Shown here: one piece after another, positions 53,744-64,000 of the stretch
Layout of the letters: every line of letters starts with the position of its first letter
Numbering within the stretch: position 1 is the first letter of the stretch
NCBI RefSeq assembly: GCF_037042905.1
Contig: NC_087252.1
Location: 16,680,001-16,744,000 of the forward strand
DNA: 64,000 bases
Source: Lytechinus pictus
Lineage: Eukaryota
Direction: 5' to 3'
Notes under the pieces: model-generated
Told to the model about the DNA's origin: nothing
Database searches by the model: none
Seen by the model: only the letters and a program-made list of their open reading frames with translations
Translations under genes and position numbers: made by a program

Positions 53744-54781
53744 TTACTAATACGACCACCACTACTACTACAACTACTCCTACTACTACTACTACTACAT
53801 CTACTACTACTTCTAATACTACTATTACTATACTACCACTAATACTACTTCTACTACTACTACTACTACTACTATTTCTACTAGAACTAGTACTACTACT
53901 CTTAGATTCTTCCAGAGGCAAATTATACATGGGGTAACGCCCTTGACTCCATTAAAAAAAACTACAGACTTCATTAATACAGTTCTATTTGTTTTTAATT
54001 ATAAGTCGCTTTTAGCGCATCATATGTCAGTTTCAAAATATTGTATTTCCACGTTTTTGATACCCCATGAAAATACGACGTTTTGAAAATGTCTGATGGT
54101 CATTTTCAGACTAAAACCCATGTATGTTATTTGTTGCAAGTTTAGAATAACAAAAGATATGTTTGTATTCAATATGTTAAGCAGAATATTTACGAAGGAC
54201 GTTTTATGGTAACATTCGGTTTTTACAATACAATTCAGTTTTATGTAGCCCTTTTACAGATATATTGTTACCCCGGTCAACGGATCCTGTCTTTCCCGCA
54301 CACTTTATTATGCACTTTCTCCATTCCCTGTGGAGCATTTCAACAAACATTTTAAGATAAACAGCTAGGCATACTACAGTATATTTTGCATCATATCTGG
54401 TACACGTTTGACACTTTAGTGGAGTGTGGCAAATTGTGGAACGACGCCTTCAACCTTGAATAATTTTCTTTTGATTTGAGATTTAGTTTCGTTTTAAGTC
54501 TAAACATGTTATTTCTTTTGTATTCATGGTATGTAAGAACCAATTTGGTATTTTGCTTGAGATCCGTGTTATAAAAATGTGAAAAAATAAAAAAAATTGA
54601 AAGTGAAATGAACCATATCCATTGTCATCGTGTTAACATCATTTGCATTTTTTTTAAATACTTGACACTGGAATGTTCACAGCTTTTATATATAATAATG
54701 AAAACTAGTACTACTACTTATACAACAACTACTACTGCTACTACTACTACTACTATTACTACTACTACCACCACTACTACT

Positions 54782-54821
<40 letters not shown>

Positions 54822-56051
54822 CTACTACTACTACTACTACTACTACTATTACTAATACGACCACCACTACTACTACAACTACTCCTACTACTCCTACTAC
54901 TACATCTACTACTACTACTAATACTACTATTACTATACTACCACTAATACTACTTCTACTACTACTACTACTATTTCTACTAGAACTAGTACTACTACTC
55001 TTAGATTCTTCCAGAGGGCAAATTCTACATGGGGTAACGCCCTTGACCCCATTAAAAAAACTGCAGACTTCATTAATACAGATCTATTTGTTTTTAATTA
55101 TCAGTCGCATTAGGGCATCAAATGTCAGTTTCAAAATACTATATTTTCACGTTTTTTGATACTCCATGTAAATACTGCATTTTGAAAATGGCTGATGGTC
55201 ATTTTTAGACTACAACCCATGTAGATTCATTGTTGCAATTTTAGAAAACTAAAAGGTATGTTTGTACTGAATATATTAGGCAGAATATTTACGAACGACG
55301 TTTTATGGTAACATTCGTTTTCTTTCCAATACAACTCTATTTTATGTAGCCCTTATACAGGTATATTGTTATCCTGGTCAACGGATCCTGTCTTTCCGGC
55401 GCACTTTATTATGCACTTTCTCCATTCACTGGGGAACATTTCAACAAACAATTTATAACAAATAGCTAGGCATACTACAACATCTTTTGCACCATACCTG
55501 GTACACATTTAACACTTTAGTGGAGAGTGGAAAATTGTGGAACGACGCCTTCAACCTTGAATAATTTTGTTTCGATTTCAGATTTAGTTTCTTTTTAAGT
55601 CTAAACATGTTATTTATTTTGTATTCATGGTATGTAAGAACCAATACGGTATTTTGCTTTAGATCCGTGTTAAAAAAAGGAGAAAAAAAATAAATTGAAA
55701 ATGAAATGAATCATATCCACTGCGTTAACATCATTTGCATTTTTTTCTTTCAATATCTGACACTGGAATGTTCACATTTTGTTATTAATGAATATTTGTA
55801 CTAATACTTCTACAACTACTACTTTTATTAAACCGCTACTACTCTGTAAAAAATGAAGTGCTAATTTAGTAATTACAGTGCTTGTACGAGTGCTAATTGT
55901 TTTGGTTTAAATTTGAACTAAAATATAGGCAATCGTAGTGCAGTCACTATAGAAGCACTGTAAGTGCTAAATTACCACTTCATTTTTTACAATGTACCAC
56001 TACTGCTTCTACTACTACTGCTACTTCTACTATTACTACTACTACTACTAT

Positions 56052-56093
<42 letters not shown>

Positions 56094-57302
56094 CACTACT
56101 ACTACTATACCATTATCACTTCTACTACTACTACTAATACTACTACTACTACTCTTACTATACTACTATTACTGATACGACTTCTACTACTACTACTACT
56201 ACTGCTACTACTACTACTACCTCTACTTCCTCTACTAGTACTAGTACTACTACTTTTGGTTTTTTTCAGAGGGCAAATTTTACATGGGGTAACGCCCTTG
56301 ACTCCATTAAAAAAAACTACAGACTACATTAATACAGTTATATTTGTTTTTAATTATAAGTCGCTTTTAGCGCATCATATGTCAGTTTCAAAATATTTTA
56401 TTTCCACGTTTTTGATACCCCATGAAAATACTACGTTTTGAAAATGTCTGATGGTCATTTTCAGACTAAAACCCATGTATGTTATTTGTTGCAAGTTTAT
56501 AATAACAAAAGATATGTTTGTATTCAATATGTTAAGCAGAATATTTACGAAGGACGTTTTATGGTAACATTCGGTTTTTACAATACAATTCTGTTTTATG
56601 TAGCCCTTTTACAGATATATTGTTACCCTGGTCAACGGATCCTGTCTTTCCCGCACACTTTATTATGCACTTTCTCCATTCCCTGTGGAGCATTTCAACA
56701 AACATTTTAAGATAAACAGCTAGGCATACTACAGTATATTTTGCATCATATCTGGTACACGTTTGACACTTTAGTGGACTGTGGCAAATTGTGGAACGAC
56801 GCCTTCAACCTTGAATAATTTTGTTTCGATTTCAGATTTAGTTTCTTTTTAAGTCTAAACATGTTATTTATTTTGTATTCATGGTATGTAAGAACCAATA
56901 CGGTATTTTGCTTTAGATCCGTGTTAAAAAAAGGAGAAAAAAAATAAATTGAAAATGAAATGAATCATATCCACTGCGTTAACATCATTTGCATTTTTTT
57001 TTTATATCTGACACTGGAATGTTCACATTTTGTTATTAATGAATATTTGTACTAATACTTCTACAACTACTACTTTTATTAAACCGCTACTACTCTGTAA
57101 AAAATGAAGTGCTAATTTAGTAATTACAGTGCTTGTACGAGTGCTAATTGTTTTGGTTTAAATTTGAACTAAAATATAGGCAATCGTAGTGCGGTCACTA
57201 TAGAAGCACTGTAAGTGCTAAATTACCACTTCATTTTTTACAGTGTACCACTACTGCTTCTACTACTACTGCTACTTCTACCATTACTACTACTACTACT
57301 AT

Positions 57303-57344
<42 letters not shown>

Positions 57345-58410
57345 CACTACTACTACTATACCATTATCACTTCTACTACTACTACTAATACTACTACTAC
57401 TACTCTTACTATACTACTATTACTGATACGACTTCTACTACTACTACTACTACTGCTACTACTACTACTACCTCTACTTCTTCTACTAGTACTAGTACTA
57501 CTACTTTTGGTTTTTTTCAGAGGGCAAATTTTACATGGGGTAACGCCCTTGACTCCATTAAAAAAAACTACAGACTACATTAATACAGTTCTATTTGTTT
57601 TTAATTATAAGTCGCTTTTAGCGCATCATATGTCAGTTTCAAAATATTTTATTTCCACGTTTTTGATACCCCATGAAAATACTACGTTTTGAAAATGTCT
57701 GATGGTCATTTTCAGACTAAAACCCATGTATGTTATTTGTTGCAAGTTTATAATAACAAAAGATATGTTTGTATTCAATATGTTAAGCAGAATATTTACG
57801 AAGGACGTTTTATGGTAACATTCGGTTTTTACAATACAATTCTGTTTTATGTAGCCCTTTTACAGATATATTGTTACCCTGTTCAACGGATCCTGTCTTT
57901 CCCGCACACTTTATTATGCACTTTCTCCATTCCCTGTGGAGCATTTCAACAAACATTTTAAGATAAACAGCTAGGCATACTACAGTATCTTTTGCATCAT
58001 ATCTGGTATACGTTTGACACTTTAGTGGAGAGTGGCAAATTGTGGAACGACGCCTTCAACCTTGCATAATTTTCTTTTGATTTGAGATTTAGTTTCGTTT
58101 TAAGTCTAAACATGTTATTTCTTTTGTATTCATGGTATGTAAGAACCAATTTGGTATTTTGCTTGAGATCCGTGTTATAAAAATGTGAAAAAATAAAAAA
58201 AATTGAAATTGAAATGAACCATATCCATTGTCATCGTGTTAATATCATTTGCATTTTTTTTAAATACTTGACACTGGAATGTTCACAGCTTTTATATATA
58301 ATAATGAATACTAGTACTACTACTTATACAACAACTACTACTGCTACTACTACTACTACTATTACTACTACTACCACCACTACTACTACAACAACAACAA
58401 CAACAACTAG

Positions 58411-58442
<32 letters not shown>

Positions 58443-60890
58443 TTACTAATACGACCACCACTACTACTACAACTACTCCTACTACTACTACTACTACATC
58501 TACTACTACTACTAATACTACTATTACTATACTACCACTAATACTACTTCTACTACTACTACTACTATTTCTACTAGAACTAGTACTACTACTCTTAGAT
58601 TCTTCCAGAGGGCAAATTCTACATGGGGTAACGCCCTTGACCCCATTAAAAAAACTGCAGACTTCATTAATACAGATCTATTTGTTTTTAATTATCAGTC
58701 GCATTAGGGCATCAAATGTCAGTTTCAAAATACTATATTTTCACGTTTTTTGATACTCCATGTAAATACTGCATTTTGAAAATGGCTGATGGTCATTTTT
58801 AGACTACAACCCATGTAGATTCATTGTTGCAATTTTAGAAAACTAAAAGGTATGTTTGTACTGAATATATTAGGCAGAATATTTACGAACGACGTTTTAT
58901 GGTAACATTCGTTTTCTTTCCAATACAACTCTATTTTATGTAGCCCTTATACAGGTATATTGTTATCCTGGTCAACGGATCCTGTCTTTCCGGCGCACTT
59001 TATTATGCACTTTCTCCATTCCCTGGGGAACATTTCAACAAACAATTTATAACAAATAGCTAGGCATACTACAACATCTTTAGCACCATACCTGGTACAC
59101 ATTTAACACTTTAGTGGAGAGTGGAAAATTGTGGAACGACGCCTTCAACCTTGAATAATTTTGTTTCGATTTCAGATTTAGTTTCTTTTTAAGTCTAAAC
59201 ATGTTATTTATTTTGTATTCATGGTATGTAAGAACCAATACGGTATTTTGCTTTAGATCCGTGTTAAAAAAAGGAGAAAAAAAAATAAATTGAAAATGAA
59301 ATGAATCATATCCACTGCGTTAACATCATTTGCATTTTTTTCTTTCAATATCTGACACTGGAATGTTCACATTTTGTTATTAATGAATATTTGTACTAAT
59401 ACTTCTACAACTACTACTTTTATTAAACCGCTACTACTCTGTAAAAAATGAAGTGCTAATTTAGTAATTACAGTGCTTGTACGAGTGCTAATTGTTTTGG
59501 TTTAAATTTGAACTAAAATATAGGCACTCGTAGTGCAGTCACTATAGAAGCACTGTAAGTGCTAAATTACCAATTCATTTTTTACAGTGTACCACTACTG
59601 CTACTTCTACTATTACTACTACTACTACTATTACTACTACTACTACTACTACTACTACTACCACTACTACTACTATACCATTATCACTTATACTACTACT
59701 ACTAATACTACTACTACTACTCTTACTATACTACTATTACTGATACGACTTCTACTACTACTACTACTACTGCTACTACTACTACTACCTCTACTTCTTC
59801 TACAAGTACTAGTACTACTACTTTTGGTTTCTTTCAGAGGGCAAATTTTACATGGGGTAACGCCCTTGACTCCATAAAAAAAACTACAGACTTCATTAAT
59901 ACAGCTCTATTTGTTTTTAATTATAAGTCGCTTTTAGCGCATCATATGTCAGTTTCAAAATATTTTATTTCCACGTTTTTGATACCCCATGAAAATACTA
60001 CGTTTTGAAAATGTCTGATGGTCATTTTCAGACTAAAACCCATGTATGTTATTTGTTGCAAGTTTAGAATAACAAAAGATACGTTTGTATTCAATATGTT
60101 AAGCAGAATATCTACGAAGGACGTTTTATGGTAACATTCGGTTTTTACAATACAATTCTGTTTTATGTAGTCCTTTTACAGATATATTGTTACCCCGGTC
60201 AACGGATCCTGTCTTTCCCGCACACTTTATTATGCACTTTCTCCATTCCCTGTGGAGCATTTCAACAAACATTTTAAGATAAACAGCTAGGCATACTACA
60301 GTATATTTTGCATCATATCTGGTACACGTTTGACACTTTAGTGGAGTGTGGCAAATTGTGGAACGACGCCTTCAACCTTGCATAATTTTCTTTTGATTTG
60401 AGATTTAGTTTCGTTTTAAGTCTAAACATGTTATTTCTTTTGTATTCATGGTATGTAAGAACCAATTTGGTATTTTGCTTGAGATCCGTGTTATAAAAAC
60501 GTGAAAAAATAAAACAAATTGAAAGAGAAATGAACCATATCCATTGTCATCGTGTTAACATAATTTGCATTTTTTTTCAATACTTGACACTGGAATGTTC
60601 ACAGCTTTTATTTATGATAATGAAAACTAGTACTACTACTTATACAACAACTACTACTGCTACTACTACTACTACTATTACTACTACTACCACCACCACT
60701 ACTACTACAACAACAACTACTACTACTACTACTACATCTACTACTAATACTAATACTATTATTACTATACTTCCACTAATACTAATTCTACTATTACTAC
60801 TACTATTTCTACTAGAACTAGTACTACTACTCTTAGATTCTTCCAGAGGGCATATTCTACATGGGGTAACGCCCTTGACCCCATTAAAAA
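52068..60890 (+). repeat. Tandem array of seven full and one partial ~1.09-1.25-kb units, each with an (ACT)n/(ACA)n microsatellite
   Basis: Unit starts (ttacc..ggtcaacggatc) at 52068, 53178, 54268, 55369, 56623, 57874, 58963 and 60190. Confidence 0.95.
55842..55994. mobile_element. 153-bp CACTG-type MITE marking B-type array units (also 57093-57245 and 59437-59589)
   Basis: TA|CTCTGTAAAAAATGAAGTG..CACTTCATTTTTTACA(G/A)TG|TA inside the ACT microsatellite. Confidence 0.8.
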
Positions 60891-63800
60891 TAGTCTCTTT
60901 ACAACTTGCAAGATTCTTAACTTAAAGAAGTTGCCGAGGTTGCAAAATACAGCTGCGCGTATTTTAGCTCTGTCTAGCAAGCCGAGCCATATCCCTCCTC
61001 AATGGCGTACCGTGGGTCACGGCATGGGGGGGGGGGGGGCACCAGCAAACATTTGGAGTCACTTTGAGCGTGCTTCGCGCGCTCAGTTGCCAAGTATACT
61101 GACCTAATAGAGACATTTTAAGGACAGTGCCATTAAACGGATATGTATCTCACTGATCAAATAATGCGAGCACGAGGCGCGAGCTGAAACTTTTTTATAT
61201 TCATAGCCAAAAAGAGACATTATAATCAAATTTTTGAAATCATAATAAGTACCTGTCTCGCTAAACAATGCGAGCGCGAAGCGCGAGCTGAAATTTTTGT
61301 ATACATTGACTCCAAACAGTGACATATAAGGACTATATTTTAGGAATCCATTATGAGTAAACATATCTCACCATAGTCATCTAATGCCAAGCGCTTGCTG
61401 ATTTTGTTGGAATTACATCTAAACACACTTGTAGTCATTGTAATCATGATTAACATACGCATATCACTAATCAAATATTGCGAGTGCGAATCAAACGCGA
61501 GCTGAAAAATTTGGAAATTCAGACTTGAAGAGGGGTATTCTAAGGCTTGTTTGTAAGAATTCACTAAGACCATACGTATTTCACTAACCTAATGATGCGA
61601 GCGCGAAGCGAGAGCTGAAATTTCTTATATTCAGATCAGAAAAAGGGACATTTAAGGACTAATTTTAGGAATTCATGGAGAGCAGACATATCTCACCAAT
61701 CCACTAATGCGAACATAAGCACGGACAGGAAATGTTTTATATTAACACCTTATAATGGAGCAATCACTTTAAGCAGCCATGAAAAAAAAAACATATTTCA
61801 CTACATAAAAGAATAATAACTCAAAGTGAGAGGAAATATATTTGATGTATCTTGACTTGAAAACGGGAGGTTTTAGTCCAACAGGATTATATATCTCGTT
61901 AAACAGACAATGTGAGCACGAGGAAAATGACGACATAGGCCCTAAGCAAATTTCGTTTCATAGAGTTATGAAAAACATGGTTCTTATGTAATATAACATA
62001 ACATAATTATGATATGATATAACAATATAATGAACAATAATTTATCTTTCCCACTATGTTTCTCTACCTTTCTCCCTCTTTTTCTCCTTTCCCCCCTTTT
62101 TTTTGGTCAGCTGATGGGGGGGGGGGGCACGTGCCCCACCCACCATGCCCCCCGTAGTAACGCCGCTGTCACCCCTATATTGAAGACTCTTCACTGGCTG
62201 CACATGAAGGAACGCATAGTCTTTAAAATCCTTCTTATGATTTGTCATACAGTTTAATGGAACTTCCCCCTAGTTTCAATAAGTCTTTGATGCATAATTA
62301 CCAACCCTCAAGAACCTTACGATCCTCATCATTATAATCTCTTACAAATTCCAGTTGCTAAGAAATCATGCGGGGAATGGGCCTTTGCTCATGCAGGGCC
62401 TAACCTGTGGAATTCTCTTCCACAGAGTTTGAAAACCCAGACTTCAGTGACTACCTTCAAGGGCAACCTGAAAACATACCTGTATAAGAGTGCTTTTTGA
62501 TAGACATTGACTTATTGTTCAGACATATATTATATGTAAATATATTTTGTCGTTCTGCTCTGAAGCACCTTAAGCATCTAATCAAGATGGAAAGTGCGCT
62601 ATACAAATCTCATGTATTATTATTATTATTATTATTATTAAAGTTAAAGATGGCAGAGGCAAACCGGAAAGATAAATGGGGTGTTGGTTTGTTAAAAGTC
62701 AAGAAAAAAAATTTCACTCCTAAATAAAATGGGGTTTGTTCAGAAGGGGGGAAAAGATTACAACAAAAAATAGCACCAATTAGATAATAAACAAAGTTTT
62801 CTCTTCTGTCCAAAATAACAGAGATTTGTGTCAAATCTCCACATTTTAGCATACCAACCCAATTTCCAGGTGGGTGTTGCTTATAGTGTATAAAATACCA
62901 ACAGCATCTCCCGCTTCCAAGGGTTAAGATCATCAAGGCATTTATATATTTAATATCATATCGGACGCAGTGGTAACGATCTAGGGTCTTCATTTATTGA
63001 AAGTTTCTGAACCAGACCCTCGATCGATCCCAAACTGGTTTACCAGGCAAAACAAGATTATTATTGATTTTCATAAGTTACAAATTCAGCTTAGAACCTC
63101 GGAATGCGTGCTATATTGTTATTCAAATATTTAAAAAGATTAGTACAGACGCCATCCAAATAAGGACAAATTATCTAACCACAATCGTCCGTGACAATTT
63201 CAACGTTTACGCTTCCCCCTCTATCTTCTCTATGTTTCCCCTTGCCCCCAAACCCTCTCTGTCCTTCTACCTCTCTCGCGTATACTCCTCTTTTTTCGGT
63301 AAGCCTTGCAAAGCTTTAGATCAAAATAACCAACCATACAAAATGAAATGTTATTAAAAGATGAATGAGAATAATGCAGTTTCATTTTGCTTCTGATAAA
63401 TTAAGTGAAGAAATTTCTGTCCTTTATATTCTTAAAAAAAAAAACCCTCAAGGTACATGTACACCTCCATCGAATTCGTAAATAGCATTGTTAGGCCGAT
63501 GAAGACATGTTATGATGAAATGCCTTACCGTGACATGCACTTGTTTTCTAATCTATGTACCTGCGGGAGCCTTTTGACAATTTATTGCATTGGGGTTTAC
63601 GACTGGCAGTAATACCTCTATGTTTTTACTTCTGCCATTTTTACCTCTTCCATGAAAACCCCTGTCATTTCTACCTCTGCCATTATTCTCCCTGCCATGT
63701 TTACCTATGCCATTATCACCGCTTCCATTATTACCACTGCAACTTGTTTTACATTTGCCATTATTATCGCTGCCATTAATACCACTGCCATCATTACACC

Positions 63801-64000
63801 TAAGGTGCTGATAAATAAATGATTTCAGCAAATATTAATTGCCCACTTGACAGTCTAAAGGCTACGTTTTAAGCCTAGTTTTCAACAACGAACCTATGCC
63901 ATGTATGACTGCATTATTGTAGTCGAGTCGGAAATGGGGGTTCCAGTGCACCATCATAATAGTCAAGGATAGAAGAGGCATAACCTTGTTTTTTCATATA
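60889..64000 (+). repeat. Direct segmental duplicate of 40161-43308, running off the window end
   Basis: Colinear, highly similar sequence including the L2 fragment, hAT MITE, unique spacer and the start of the Academ-like element; offset ~20.7 kb. Confidence 0.95.

Noticed and set aside
52455..60925. Thr-, Val-, Tyr- and Leu-run ORFs resembling mucins or membrane proteins
   Set aside because: Translations of the (ACT)n microsatellite in different frames; frame and start differ between units.
63553..63831. NNGSG pentapeptide-repeat ORF
   Set aside because: Arises from a 15-bp minisatellite; the frame is not preserved in the paralogous copy at 42.9-43.1 kb.

Overview
AT-rich eukaryotic DNA; the repeat vocabulary (tRNA-SINE, aaaatggccgcc foldbacks, gcgagcgcgaagcgcgag MITEs) suggests an echinoderm such as a sea urchin, which is inference only. 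There is one convincing host gene: an intronless 353-aa ORF (2702-3763, minus) with a long glycine-zipper hydrophobic hairpin and a candidate TATA+Inr promoter. The rest is a deeply nested graveyard of non-autonomous transposons, many with termini and target-site duplications readable in the sequence. These include several TAG..CTA (Academ-like) foldbacks, one present twice in opposite orientation with reciprocal filled/empty insertion sites, plus Harbinger-, IS3EU-, Merlin/MULE-, hAT-, Kolobok-, Tc1- and CACTA-like elements, two broken CR1/L2-group LINEs, a SINE and a probable 3' LTR. A 303-bp palindrome at 29767-30069 looks like an inverted pair of Penelope pseudo-LTRs carrying a minimal hammerhead ribozyme. 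A Harbinger-like insert contains a spliced, apparently non-coding transcription unit. The right third holds a ~1.1-1.25-kb tandem array with A/B higher-order structure and a duplication of 40161-43308 at 60889-64000. No autonomous transposase was found. All alignments were done by eye and superfamily calls rest on terminus/TSD signatures only.
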